This document shows, in pieces, positions 25,000 through 39,915 of a stretch of DNA of 64,000 nt. Every line of letters begins with the position of its first letter. Position 1 is the stretch's first letter. The notes beneath the pieces were generated by a model. That model saw only the letters and a program-made list of their open reading frames with translations. It did no database searches and was not told where the DNA came from. The translations under genes and the position numbers were made by a program. Origin of the DNA: Octopus bimaculoides (taxonomy: Eukaryota); NCBI RefSeq assembly GCF_001194135.2, contig NC_069001.1, positions 39,592,115 through 39,656,114 of the forward strand. Reading direction: 5' to 3'.

Positions 25000-27829
25000 G
25001 ATTCACAGATAATGGAGACCAGAAATCCAAAACTGACTGAAAACATGGTGAAAATATTTGTAGAGAAAATAATTTTATTTCACAGATTTACTATTTTTAT
25101 CAAAGAAAGTCTGCTTTCTTTAATTCATAGATAAATATTTGTCTTTAGTTGATCAAATTGAAATAGTTTAATTTTAAAACATTTCATAAACAGCCTTTTT
25201 ATCTAATTTTTTTTTTTTGTTTTGTTTGTTTATTACCAAATCTTGTTTCTGTGACAGCTTCTAAATGAATTATGGGAAGAGAATCATTTAAAAGTCATTT
25301 TTCATTCATTGTTATTAACTTCTGCTTATGTCTACCTCGTGCTGCTCCATTGGTTTTTGTCTGCTCTGTCAAAAGCAATATTGTAGTTGGCCAATAATGT
25401 TATAAAAACTAAATAGTTAATTTGTTCCTACTTACTTGTTCTTAACACTAATTACACTCATTAACACTGTTATCCAAGCCAAATTGGACACAATTACACA
25501 TTGGTCAAGATCTAATTCTGGTTCACTTCTCCATTCTCCTGGTTGTAATCTGCGATGTGTTCAAACAAACGTAACCCAGTTGTCCATAAGTTCAATTCTG
25601 CCTTTCCTCCCTCCCACCTCCTCTCTTTCTCTCTCTCCAGTTTCTTCTCTGTCTATATTATTCTCCCCACCACCACCCTCTCATAGCTATCAATCTCTTC
25701 ATATTTTTCCGCCCTCGTTCCCCCCCCCACCACCACCACCATATCATCTCACTCTCTCTCTCTCCTCTTTTATCTCCTTCAGTCATCAGAGCCTCTTTAG
25801 AAACTCAGCCCTACAGACTGATTATCCCTTCCACTTGACCAAAGATATCCTTATTTTGAAGTGAACTTAAAATGCCTTTAGTTTTCCATAGAAGATTGTA
25901 GAACACAAAATCTGGACAATCAACTGCTGTTTCCCAGGTCCCGACTGCTCGGTCATTTCTGAACTGCTCGGTCATTAGCAGCGCTAAAGAGATGACTTGG
26001 CCAAAAATGTTTTCCAATTGCTTTTACATTCACAAAAAATGTTTGTCTCTCTCTGGTGTTCCTCCTGCAAATGACAATAATAACTGTTAATGATGTTGCT
26101 TTAACTGTTGAGCTCTCATCACTTGGGTCCATTCACTTGGATAATCCTGCAATTATCAGAAGAAGAAATAATTCTATGGTGATGCTTATGGCAGTGGTGG
26201 TGCTTGTGATGGTGCCAGTGGCTGTAAAATGGTACTCATTTTGGTTAAGCTTGTACAAAGAAGGTAACATCACACCTGAAGATGATCAGAAAATAGAACC
26301 AATTGAAACATTGTTTTAAAAGATAGAAATGAGTGTCAGGTGAGGGGAATTAGGTTAACTCATCAGAGGTGTTCAATTATTTCAATTAAATTAATATTTA
26401 TGAGACATTGCACTTGTAGGTGATTATTCTGGTCATCTTTACTGAAACTTGATAATACACTAATTATTCTTTATTCATTAATAACCTTCTCATAATCAAG
26501 AAATGCAATTATCTAAGTTCATTGACCATGAAATAATTAGCATCAAAGAACTGGAGATTGTGACATTGCTTTCTTTGAATAGAATTTAATTATAAAAACA
26601 AGACACTTCTTTATTTTTAATTTCATCAAAGAAGAAGAAAATGAAAAGAAAAAACGTAATATATATTATTTTTCATTCTAAATATTTTTTCCGACATAAT
26701 AAAATGTCTAAGAATCATTTAATTCCTCTTTTAAACAGCGTCAGATCAGAAACCCTACAGTTCAAAGCACAACTGGAAACTTAACCTATTATTAACTTCT
26801 ATCTTAACATTTATTAATAACGGAAACTTATGTTGTCATGTGACAAATATAACAACGCTTTCGGCTGCTCTCCACTTCTCCATCTCATTATCTCTCCTCT
26901 CTCTCTCTCTCCTTTTATTTGTTCAGTCTCTCTCTCTCCTGTTATCTTTCCTCTCTCTCTCTCTCCATTTATCTGTTGTATCTTTATCCTTGTCTCCATC
27001 CTATTTTCTTTCTTACAATCTTCTTCACTATTTTTCTTTTCCTTCGTTTTTCCTTGCCTAGGATAGTCTCTCATTTGCTTAAAGATGGCTTTGTATACAT
27101 TGCTTACATCAACCCTAAAGTTACATTAATGTCTCCAGTTCTGTAAACATTTTTCCAATCAGATGTTTTTGTAATAATTGTCTTCCTTAATAGAAATCAC
27201 TGATGATCAAGTCAACTTCATACAATTTGTTTAATTAGCCATGTTTTATGGGTAACGTCTTAAATAGGGTCAATGATAGTGGGGCTTATAGACTGGGGTG
27301 AGCAGGGTTTCCTGCTCACCAAATGATTACCTGGGAAAAAGACTCCTGAAAAGATCTTTTCAATGCCACAGTTAAGACTCGAATGTATAACTCGTACGAT
27401 GGACTGATGAGAAGGAATGTTATGTCATTGTGGATGGCACGTATGGATGCTGTTGTGGTCAGATGAGGTTGTGTTGCAACCATCATTGTGCCTGTTTCAT
27501 ATGTAAGTCGATGCCAACTGGTGATGAGGAGGAGAAACTTGATGGTGAAATGAGGGTCAGTGGTTTCTATTTAAAATTGAAGAAAAAAATCAATGAAGAA
27601 TTAACATGTTAATTGAGTATTTAATTAGGGCTATGAAAATTAGATAATATATTGATTTCTGTCATATTGTTAAAAACCACTGTTATTAGATGAAATTGCA
27701 GGTTTATATTTTTTGAAGTAATTAAAACTAACTTGGAAACCTGACTCACTAGTTCCTTATTAATTGCTCCATAGTAGAAACATTACAGTAAATCAAGGGG
27801 AAAGTAGGAGCTCTATATATATATTTCTG

Positions 27830-28410
<581 letters not shown>

Positions 28411-29227
28411 AGCTGTTGCTCTTGGCTGTTTTCTCCAAACTGACCTAACTGAGAGAAGGGGACACTAAATACCTGAGTGCCAGCCCTGCCAAGGTAAACT
28501 TCACCTTTCATTTTGTTAATGATTTATGAAATAAAATGTATCAGTCATGAGACAGAATCATCAGAACATCAGGCAGGATTCTTTGTGGTAGTTCAAGAGT
28601 TTCTGATTTGGGGAGTTAAACATTCAGGTTAAAGCCAAACCTTGACTCTGCTTAGAAGCATCTCCTCCATTGGAAGTGTTTCGACCAGATTTCTGTTTCA
28701 TCCCTCCATCCTCTTCATCTCCTCTCCACCCATCTTGAATAAATGACGGATCTTCTTGGAGATGAATTTATTTTTATTGGCATTTCTTATTCCTTACATG
28801 AATCATCCACAGCGAATGGCCATGCTGGATACATCGACACACGCATTTGGATGGATGGATGGATGTTGAGCCTAGCTATTTAATCCAATTGTGACTTGAC
28901 TCAGTAAAAACAGCCAAACTGTCATAAAACATTTGTTTTGTTTTTTAAACACCAATTAATTTAAATGTTTTACAAATCTTTTCTCTCTGCCTTCATTTCA
29001 TATGAATACCCTCTCTCTCTCTCTCTGTGCCTCTCTCTCTCTTTCATACATTTCACTCGGTCTGTCTCTCCCTCTCGCTCTCCCTCTCTCTCACTCTGTG
29101 TGGCTGTCTTTTTATCTCATTCTCTCTCTTCCTCTCACACAACTCTGTGTTTCAGTCTCTTTTATTCCATCTATCTATCTATCTATCTATAATATACATG
29201 TATGTATATTTCTTTGTATGTGTGTAT

Positions 29228-29276
<49 letters not shown>

Positions 29277-29817
29277 CATTCTTCACAAGCCTGGCCAATG
29301 TTGAAAGTCTGTTTCACATTAAATTTAACTTTAAGGTTTCAACTTTTCTGTCCCCCACAATGGACCAATGTCTGCAATGCTCAAGACTAGAATCTATTAA
29401 TATTAATCATGCAAAACAACCCCCAAGGGACCCATGAAAACTAGATTTGTCGTTATTCAAGCCAAAAGGTTTGTTTGATCAAATGACAATCAACAAATAG
29501 TTATTGATTCTTGCTTCTCACCCTTGAGGCATTTACATTGCAACGCTCTGTCAGTCGACAGCACTCCCACTTATTACTACTAAACATCACAGAACCAATT
29601 AAAGCCATGCATATCAACAACAGGAATATTTAGGACCACAAACTGTATTATTGTTATAAAATTACTCATTTAGTTATGTTCTGAAACCTCATTGCATTTA
29701 GGCCCTTCATTTGATGATTTGACAGGCACTTGAGTCCCTTGCATTTTCATTGTTCACTGTTGAGTAATTTTAGATATTCTGATTAATATTCTGATTAAAT
29801 ATGTCAGGGTGTGTGTG

Positions 29818-30000
29818 TGTCATCATCATCATCACCATCCCTTAACGTCCTTTTTCCATGCTGGCATGGATTGGACCAGGCTCCATTTGTCTGTTTTGGC
29901 ATGGTTTCAATGGCTGGATGCTCTTCCTAATGCCAACCACTTTACAGGGTGAACTGGGTGCTTATTATGTGGCACCAGCACTAGCAAGGTTGCCAAGTAG
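29818..30000 (-). mobile_element. Family E (RTE-related 3' end) copy
   Basis: catcatc...aacgtcc..ttccatgctggcatgg...gctggatgctcttcctaatgccaaccac. Confidence 0.7.
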
Positions 30001-30419
30001 CTTGTAAGATGAAGACCTCTCAACTGAGAGAAGGATAGGAATTAGGGGAGTGGCTGTGATCCAGGTGAGAGTTTAGAGTTTAATAAAGGGACAGAGATAG
30101 TTGTCTTACTATAGAGGGGACGCTCAGCTACACCAGTAGGATAGGGAAAGAAAGTCAGGAGGGGGTGAGAGAGAGAGAGAGAGTCTAGGAGAGAGAGAGA
30201 AAGCTAAATGCTTTTGAAGATGTATTGGGGGTCTATCTACAGGGAACAATGTGGTGGGGAGTAGTAGAGAGGGGATTGAGAGGAATAGTTCATAAGAGTG
30301 TGAGGATAGATGTTTAGAGATAAGAAGATGGCTGTTGCAAGTCATAGTGAGAGAAAATGGAATGGCTGGGTATGGTAGACATGTTAGAGCATATCTACCA
30401 TACCCACCAGAGATTGGGA

Positions 30420-30460
<41 letters not shown>

Positions 30461-31283
30461 TCATCATCATCATCATCATCATTGTTTAATACCCATTTTC
30501 CATATTGGGGATGGTTTGGACCAGAGCAGACAAGATGGAGAGTTGAACCATGTTCCAGTCTGATTCCGCATGGTTTCTATGGCTGGAGTTGTCCTTCGTG
30601 ACACCAGCGACTTTATATTTGTGTGAATTGGATGCGTTTTATGTGGCAGAGTCATGGGTGCTTTGTACGTGGCACCAACACAGGTGATTCTTACGTGGTT
30701 AATTTCTATGTGGCCCCAGCATAGGACTCTTGCCAGGCAAAAATCATTTCGACGGGGAGAGGAGGAGCATTAGCGATTCTGCTGCTGCAGGGGACAAGTA
30801 TTTTTGAGAAGAGCAGGGGACCAGGTATCTCAGTTCTTTTATCTTCTCCTTCATAAGTTCAGTGTCCAAAGACTGGCCTTCAGTACTTTGTCCCTTGTCT
30901 TCCTGAGTCTCCCTCTCCCACAATTGCCATCCACTTTTAGTGTGTGTGTGTGTGTGTGTGCAAACACACTCACACACATACATTCCTCAACAAACACATT
31001 CATGCACACTTCAACAAGCACACATAAACACATCATCAGATACATACACCACCAAGTACATATATACACTCAACCCCAACAATCGCATACATACAGACAT
31101 AAAGGAAGGCTTATGGCAAGTGGTTAGCATATTGGGTTTCTGATCCTACTTCCATGGGTTTTGGGACCCTGTAACACATTGTGTCATTGAGCAAGGCTCT
31201 CTGTTTCATGTTGCATCAAGCTACTCCACTATAATTATCAACCAACACCAGCACCTCCAAGCACACTCTCACACACACACACA

Positions 31284-31319
<36 letters not shown>

Positions 31320-31329
31320 NNNNNNNNNN

Positions 31330-31373
<44 letters not shown>

Positions 31374-32469
31374 TTTTGCCTGTCACATCCCTGATGTAAC
31401 ACTGGATCAAGGATGGGAGCCATGAGGGTTCCTATGTCTGCTCATCACTGTTCAGTTAGGGAAAGCCTGGTTCACGGACCAAGTCTTGCTGGCTTTTATT
31501 TGACTGTTAAGCTTTTAGATGTGTGTGTTAAGATGTGAGTGTGTGTGTGTTAAGGTGTGTACGTATTAGGATGTGTGTGTGTGAGGTTTTCATATTCAGT
31601 TTCACTTGTTTACTAATTCTGTTTGACCAATTTGATTTATTTGGTTAAAGATTCATGTTAGTTGCAGGGGTTTATGAAGGGAAGGGATGACTGACGAATG
31701 AAGAGGGTGGTGGTGATAAAAAAAGGGACAGTAGCTGTGGAGGCTGAAAGATATGTGAGCAGGAGGGGTCTCTGGTCATTCCCCCTTCTGCCTCCCTAAA
31801 TTACAGATTCTAATTAATCGATGCCAACCCAAACAAGTCCTTCAACTCCCTCATATTCTCTTCGTTTCCTGCAACAACTTCTTTTTTTCCAACTGAAACT
31901 TGTGAGAGAAAATTTAAATTTAGCCTGAGTCCTTCACTGGCAAGGACTACAATTTAATCTGGAATCCAACATCAAAGAACTGGAATAAAGCTAGATTATC
32001 CTCATCTAATATTATGAATTGTTGCTATGGTTACCTCACAATTATTTTGCAGCAAACAAATTTCTCAGCGCTATTACTACTGTTGCTATTGGCAACACAA
32101 TTTTCAATGTTTTACGCATGTGGCTAATTTCGGATGAAGTAAACTGTGACTTGATGGAAAGAAATAATGGCAAAAGTGATTTAGCCAGAATCTTCGGTCG
32201 AGCATCAGACAAAATGCAGAGCAGCACTAACTGTTCTGGATCTCTACACGGTGAGTTCAAATCCTGTTGAGGTCAACTTTGTCTTGTGTCATTCAGGATC
32301 AATAAAATCAGGTACGAGTCTTGAATTACTTTGAATTGACTCATACTGATGACTCCCAGCTTTCTTAAAGCAACAAAGGCTGCCAATGACTCTTTGCATA
32401 ACTGGTGCTTTACAAGTTTTTTTTCTGTATGGAGTAGCAACCCACAATGTCACTAGTTTTAAAAGACAG

Positions 32470-32527
32470 AATGACACAAAGAAGACATTACAAACAATTT
32501 AAGAGGATGTGGAATGCATTCTTCATT
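32470..32527 (+). CDS. Candidate internal exon (phase 2 to phase 0), (R)MTQRRHYKQFKRMWNAFFI
   Basis: gacag|A acceptor with a weak pyrimidine tract, ATT|GTAAGT donor, frame-compatible with exon 1; otherwise unsupported. Confidence 0.25.
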
Positions 32528-33425
32528 GTAAGTCAACAGAAAAGACGAAAGAAGTTGGGACCCTGGATCTGGAGTGATGGATGGGGCTGTACAAACTGTC
32601 AGTGCACAGATTATCAGAGAGTATCTACATAATACATACACGCATGTATTATGCATGTATACACACACGTATATATTTTTGTGTGTGTGTGTGTAAGTTT
32701 ATATATATAGTCTAAAATGCTGGTATGGACATCACATCTTGTTGTGCATACCATCATACCTTACCATCAAATATATTAAAGGTTAATAAGTCAGTCGTGC
32801 ATCCCACCTATGTTAGCAACACTATTCAATCACTTTTTAAAGTGTATCTCTCCAGAGATAGAAACTAGAGCCAGCACTGAAAATTCCAACGTTTTGTATA
32901 CGAACACGTCTATGTAAACAATGCAATCAAAGATAGAAAATAGGTGATGGGATGGTCAGTAACAACAACAACAACATTATTACTGTATCCCATGATATCA
33001 CCAACATCCATTGGATGTATTGATTTAATCTTATTGATATCTCATTATTGATAACTTCAGGAAATAGATACACCATCTACTTTATAGAATATAATTAATC
33101 TTCAAGTAATTGCTTGAAACCTCAACTAATTGTCTTGTTTTTATATATCAACACAACTGGCAAACAATGGTTTCCAAGGTTACAGGCATTTATGATGGTG
33201 ACAATGACAAAGGGAGTGTCTGCAGTTCAGTGTAGAAAATATATCACAAGGGATTTCATTTCTAGACAACAGTTTTTTTCTATTTTCTCATTGATGTTTA
33301 GTGGTGGAATATATCTTTGTATACACCCATATATTATATGTAAGTATGTGTATGCCAATCTGTAAATATATGTGCCTGTATGTATGTGTCTGTCTATCTA
33401 ATCTATCTCCCTCCCTCCCTCCCTC

Positions 33426-33468
<43 letters not shown>

Positions 33469-33569
33469 NNNNNNNNNNNNNNNNNNNNNNNNNNNNNNNN
33501 NNNNNNNNNNNNNNNNNNNNNNNNNNNNNNNNNNNNNNNNNNNNNNNNNNNNNNNNNNNNNNNNNNNNT

Positions 33570-33992
33570 ATGCCAAAGAGACAGAAACCTCGGCAGGCCG
33601 AAGACAGAAAAGGAGAGGTGTTTGTGGACAAGCCCTTGCCTGAAAGCATTGTAGTGTCATCATTCCAGCCCAACTTGGTTTTGATAGATGAGGGTCAGAG
33701 ACATGTGGTCCCTGGGGAGCTGACTGTGCCATGAGAGGAGAGCATTGCTGAGGCCCATGAGTGGAAGCTGTTGGGCTATGAAGAGCTGGTAGCTGAGATT
33801 CAGGAGAAGGGTTACATCTGTGAGCTGGTTGCGTTAGAGGTTGGCTGGAGGGGTTTCCCAGCAGCTTCTCTCAGAAGGTTTCTGAAGGTGGTTGGTGTGT
33901 CTGCTGCAAGGAGGATCATCAAGGAATGTGGGGAGAATGCTTGGATTAGCAGGAGGTTTGTGGAAGCATATAAGACCACAGAATTGGCATGA
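33570..33992 (+). mobile_element. C-terminal restriction-like endonuclease (REL) domain of a HERO-like non-LTR retrotransposon, pseudogenised
   Basis: One frame with one stop: SSFQPNLVLIDEGQRHVVPGELTVP*EESIAEAHEWKLLGYEELVAEIQEKGYICELVALEVGWRGFPAASL. This matches the RPD.VL...ELTVPWEE.I.EAHERK..KY..LV...EVG.RGF pattern. Confidence 0.8.
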
Positions 33993-34283
33993 GTCCGGTT
34001 GCAACACCGTGTGGAGAGATACTGAGCAGAATGGCCAAAATATCGGTGAAGCACGGCGCTCAGCTGATGATTGCAGCCAGACAAGAAATGGAGCACTCTG
34101 TGATTTTCTTCTTCTATATACATACATATATATATATATCTTATTTTATATATGCATGTAAGTAGGCATATGTGTTTGTAAATTCAATAATGTAACTGTC
34201 AGTATAATATTCATGTTTTATATATATATACACCCACACACAAACAGATTGAAGATTTTTCTGATATCTAAATTCGATTTCCA

Positions 34284-34337
<54 letters not shown>
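34284..34337. repeat. (AGT)n microsatellite
   Basis: Directly visible. Confidence 0.95.
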
Positions 34338-34339
<2 letters not shown>

Positions 34340-35399
34340 TATGTCCAGTTCTTTTGGCAATATATAAAGAATTGTGTCGCTTTTACAAAATAGCTTCTTT
34401 ATTGATAATTAGATTTTTGATCCACACAGTTCTTTGGAAAATCTCATTACTCCCCCCTCCCTCAGCTTCTCTTTCCCTCTCTCTCTACCTCCCCCTCTCT
34501 CTCTCTCATCCTCTCCTTCTTTCCTTTGTAAGGAATTAACAATGCCCAAACACCAAATTTTTCTCCTCCTCCTCCTCCTCCTCCTCAACCAAACCCCGCC
34601 AGATATAAATAAATACAAAGACTGGTCAGTGAATCCCATAAAATCTCTAAAAAATCGATTGATATGATTGAACATCTGTGTTTATCATCAGAGAACCAAG
34701 GACTCTAAGTGCGTGTGTGTGTGCATGCACACATGTATGTGCATGCATGTGTGTGTGTATACACATACAGGAGACAATATAGAATTATAAATGTGCATGA
34801 TGCATCTGGCAGAGTATCAGGGATGCTGCACCACACCATTTAACATCTGAAGAATGAAAACCAAAATCCTTAATATCTCCATTTATGAATCTCTTCTGGA
34901 TTCTTACTGACCCTTGTCCATGCCATTAATTTATCATAGTTGCCCTTAAAAGAATCAGATAGAACCGGGGTCAGCAATAGATGGATCACAACCCACAAGT
35001 GGACCATTGAGATATTCCCTGTAAACCTTGGACCCTTTTTTCTAAAACACGATCAAATTTATTTGTGATCCATTGGAGAGTTGTAGTTTTTTTTTACTTA
35101 TGTAAACATATAAACATTACCTTGGATGTAATCAGAGATATTTTTATATATAAGATATAATTCATGGATCATTTTGGTGTATAAGATATGGTATACAAAT
35201 GAATCGTTTTAATATGTATTGACATCTGTTTCCATTATTGGAGAAGTTGCAGTTCCCCTGTATAAAATAAGCTTATTTCTAAACAATTGTTAATTCATGA
35301 AATGTCCAGAACTATATTATAAAACTAGAAATATATCATTACACACCACTCCATACACAATTATATCTGACACAAAGAAAGTTAAATACAAACAAAGAC

Positions 35400-35870
35400 A
35401 AATTTATATGTAGAGACATACCTAGATATTAAAACAGGTGTATCTTGAACCAATCACAGCTATTTATGGACATGCGCACAGTTATATCTAGACATATACC
35501 TAGCTTATTTACAGAAATACTGTTATACGCTGGCATCTACATAGCTATATCTAGACACAATCACAGTCATATCTTGAGACACAGCTATTTACAGAAATAA
35601 ACACAGTTATATCTAGAGATGTGTCCAGACATAAACACTGTTATATCTTGACACACTTGTATGCCAACACAAACTGCTATGAGGTTCGCAAACTGAAGTA
35701 AACTTCTTCACCAAATTATTCCGTCTGTACTCACGGTACATGTATATGTAGACACAGTTACATCAGAACACAAACAGTTATATCTCAGATGCACTTATAC
35801 CTAGACAGAAACACTGTTGTATCTCAACAGAAGTACATATAGACTCAGTTCAATCTAGACGAAAAGGCAG
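35400..35870. repeat. Degenerate minisatellite, core ACACAGTTATATCTAGAC
   Basis: Variants of the core recur many times with variable spacing. Confidence 0.75.
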
Positions 35871-36859
35871 TAACAAGTGATACAATATTGGCTCGAGCAA
35901 ATATTTATTTTTTACTCTGTAATTACTGACTTCCAATTGTTGAATAAGAATGAAATCTCAACAAAGAACAAATCATAAATTTAAAAACTAAGAATCAATA
36001 ACTGCTGCTAAAGAAACATTTTTCCTTGTTTGTTTTTCTTTAATTAATTTAGTGTCAATTTTTACTCCAATTCATTTTTCTTCATTTTTTTTTTTATTTC
36101 TATTTTGTTTGATGTGAAATTTTTCATTTCTTTATTTTCAAAACAAATGACAAGAAAATCAATTCACTTTGGTTTGAAGTAGAAGTTGTCATACGAAAAC
36201 ACAATCTATACAAATGCGGCAATGGGATTAGTATTGCTGATAACAAGGGATTAAATTTTTCATAGGTACAAGCAGAGGAGTTATGTGCTTCAGAAATTTA
36301 CTTCAATTTGCAACCTCATGGCCACTGGTTCAATTCCATGATGCATCCTTTGGGAACTACTGTGGAATTTACTGAATGGAAACTGTAAAAATTCATTACA
36401 CACACACATTAATGAATACATATTTACATATATACGCATATGTATATAAATGTAAATGAGTAGCATAAGATATAGATTTAGAGACTCGTGTGACCGTCAC
36501 AGTAAGCTCCTCTTATGGACTTGGCTATCAATCCACATAGTAATCCATTACAAAGTAGTGTAATGTCAAGTATCCATATAACTGAAAATCCAGAAAATCC
36601 AAGCAACAAAATTATTCTGTGAGGAGACAAGACAAAAAAAATACAAAAACTAAGTAAAGATAAGATAACAGTTAAAAATAAAATACATAAAAAATATAAG
36701 CTAACTGGACAAAATTATTTGCTTATATTTTTATATATTTTATATTTATTTCATTTTATCTATTATCATTATCTCTTGTTTACTTTTTCTTGTTATCTCG
36801 TTTAAATTAAGGATGGTAAATTCCTCAATTCCTGTCTAGCAATTTAACTCGATTTGATA

Positions 36860-37307
36860 TGAGGCTGTTTGTATGTGAAGTAAATCTTTTCTCTGGTAAT
36901 AGCATGGAGCCTAGCACAGCCTCCTGTCTTCCTTGCTGTATGTGGCCAAGCATTATTCTGATGCAAGAACACCATTTCGGCTCAAAATTTCTGGAATTAC
37001 TTTTGACACCAGTTTATGCTTATTGTCCGATCCCCACAGACTGCATTAATGTTCCTCACACTTTCTGCTGTGTTGTGGCCTTTATTGAACTCATAAAGCA
37101 AAATATGCTCCTTTGTCACTTACATTATAGCTTTGAAAAAATACTGTTAGAATCAAAATGCACTCTTCAAAACTTGCACTAAGAATAAGGACAAGGTGAA
37201 ATTACTACCTGCTTTTATAGCAAGTGGATGCAGGTAGTTTATCCCATTCTCCTCTACTTTTTAGTTCATGCAATTGAAAAAATCGCATTATTTATGGGAT
37301 GACCCAA
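36860..37307 (-). mobile_element. Internally deleted mariner element
   Basis: Terminus TA|TTGGGTCATCCCATAAATAATGCG at 37307; encodes VTKEHILLYEFNKGHNTAESVRNINAVCGDRTIS..WCQK.FQKF fused to VFLHQNNAWPHTARKT (HQDNARPH-like). Confidence 0.75.
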
Positions 37308-38752
37308 TAAAAGATTATATATGTTTTATATATCAGGTGTCGTGGGTGTATACACGTGATGCTATGACTATGTATGTGATGGTCATGAGTGTATATACTC
37401 ATGATGTTGTGATGAGTGTATATAGAGGATGCTATCAAGTCTCTATCTGGTGCTATGACGAAGGTAATGTTCTGGACTAGATACCGTATGTTGCAACATA
37501 TTGTGATGAAGGGCTTTGGGCCTTAAAAGAGGGCCTCAGAGAAAAGTCAGGCAACCAAGAACAGTATGGAATAGGAAATATAAAAGGATGATGATGATTA
37601 CGATGATGATGGCGATGACGATGATGATGGCAGGGGTAGCATATGATGACAGTGTTTTCAAAGTTCAACACTGAAGAATGTGATTTTTATGTCAAAATAA
37701 TTATTTCATTAGAAATGAGGGAAAAAAAGCTACTCTAATCCGACTTCATTTAGCAGCAACTCTTAAATCTATGTTAAATATTTATATATTCAAAACTATT
37801 TACTGTGTTTTGAAACAACTTCAGTCATCAAAGATTGAAATAAGTTGTTAGCATTTTTCAGTAACTTCATCGACCAGGGAACAGCAAACTAAACATTTCT
37901 AACCATAAATTGATAAGATGATGTGAGGAGAAAAAGAAGAAGAGAGTGGTCTTGAAAATGATATCGACTAAACATGAGTAACACTTCCTTGATGGTTGTG
38001 TTGACGAGATAAGAGAAAGTGTGAATTGTAAAATATTCTATTGACTGCATAGATATATTGTCTGGTTGAGAAAATATGTAAAGGGTTTGCAGAGTGTTTT
38101 GTGGATGCATGTAAATATTTAGAAAATTCTAACCTCAATTGCTATTGATTAATTGAGGCAGTGTTGTAGAAATGTGAGTAAAATGTGCTCATCTTTCACA
38201 TCAATAAAGATATACGACACAAGCTGTTGCCTCGGCTGCCTTCAGAAGCATCAATCATGTAAATCATTGCTAATGGTTGCTGCAGTAAAAGAAGAAGAAG
38301 ACGACGACGACACTTTCTTCCTCCAAGCATTGTATATATTAGGAAAAGTGACTTTTTTTTTTCTTTCTTATTTACATTTTATTTTCTGTTTTGTGTACAG
38401 AATAAATTTACTTTCACAGTGTCTTTCTTCTAATTAAAAAAAAAACTCCAGCATTACCAAATTAGGGAATTAAGAATTAGCAGGTAGTTTCCTGTTCGAA
38501 ACCAATCTTAACTACTTTGATTGACCTTGTAATTAAGTGCAAAATTTTGAAATTCGTTTCACTTTTAATTTTCATGCAAGGTTTACCACTGCACCCGCTG
38601 GGTGGAAATTTAGAATTCAGTGAAGCACGAAGACAGAAACTAGTATCACAATCCAAGCTAGCTTCTTAAAATCTCATTATTACCACTGATTCACTGACAA
38701 CAATTCTCTTCTGTGCTGCAAACAAACAACATCCGACAGCTCTCTCTCTTTC

Positions 38753-38783
<31 letters not shown>

Positions 38784-39439
38784 CTCTCTCTCTCATATTC
38801 TCAAGCTGAATACTTTCACATTCTCTTCTTCCACAAATTGATTTTTAACAAAAGCACAAAACCTGAAAATTTTGGGGAGGAAGAAACCACCTTGATAATA
38901 TAAACTCCCAGTACATCACTGGTACTTTATTTTATTGACTCTGGAAGGATGAAAGATGCAGTGCCCTCCAAAGGATATGATCTTAAAAAAAATAAAGGGC
39001 CTTAGCTAAATATTTTGTCTGATGCTCCAATGATTCTGCCTATCCACCCCTATCTATCCCTACCACTCTACCTCGACCCCAATCCACCCCTATACCCACT
39101 ATCTGTATCAACCCAAATATATTGTCATATAAAACCCCTGTTGTAAACCATAAAGTTCCACTCCTTGACACCTGTCATTTCTTGATTATAAAAATTTATC
39201 ATTTCTTCTCCCTCCCCCCCCCCTCACCCACAACTCCCTACTATTCTTCAAACTTTTATCTGAATTTTTCTTAGAATTTGGGCTTATTATTTTTTTTAAT
39301 TTGGAAGTACAGNNNNNNNNNNNNNNNNNNNNNNNNNNNNNNNNNNNNNNNNNNNNNNNNNNNNNNNNNNNNNNNNNNNNNNNNNNNNNNNNNNNNNNNN
39401 ATTTGTTCGCCTTTTTCACTGACCGAAGATCAGGGGGTG

Positions 39440-39915
39440 GAAGTCACCAGATGGACTAATTGTTTAATAAAGAATAACCTATTTACCTAGATTTTAACAT
39501 CATCGCCTTCAAAATAGTTACCTTGCACAGCAATACACCGGTTCCAGTTTTCCTGCTACTTTTGGCATCTGGCCTGGAAGTTGTTTTCTGTGAGTTGAGC
39601 ACCTTCTGCGATTCACTCTTGATCTCAACAGCAGAGTTAAAACGGTGACTTTTGAGCTGCCATTTTCATCTTGGGGGAAGAAATGGAAGTCTGCAGGTGC
39701 TATATCTGGCGAACAGGGGGACAGGTGTGGAAGTGATGCCATATTGTTTTTGGCAAGAAACTCATGAGGGGGGGGGGAGCAGAGCTCAGTGACAAGAATC
39801 CCATTCTTCGTGGACATTAGGATTGCCTGCACTGACCGACCCCATACAACAGACCAACAGCATCAGCGATGTTAATGATTGTCCTCCACTGATCCTTATG
39901 CACAAGCTGAATCTC
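39440..39915 (-). mobile_element. Mariner transposase remnant
   Basis: EFLAKNNMASLPHLSPCSPDIAPADFHFFP (YSPDLAP-like), RCIAVQGNYFEGD C-terminus, and HTH-like D.WRTIINIADAVG upstream. Confidence 0.8.

Noticed and set aside
25437-25610. Minus-strand donor (AA|GTAAGT at about 25436) suggesting an exon
   Set aside because: All three upstream frames contain stops, and there is no matching acceptor
26814-27080. Possible minus-strand hammerhead (CAGCC-GAAA-GCGTT) with a purine-rich insert
   Set aside because: The upstream core reads CAAATGA rather than CTGANGA, and no stem I pairing was found
35400-35870. CRISPR-like array
   Set aside because: Eukaryotic context, degenerate units, and no constant repeat with unique spacers
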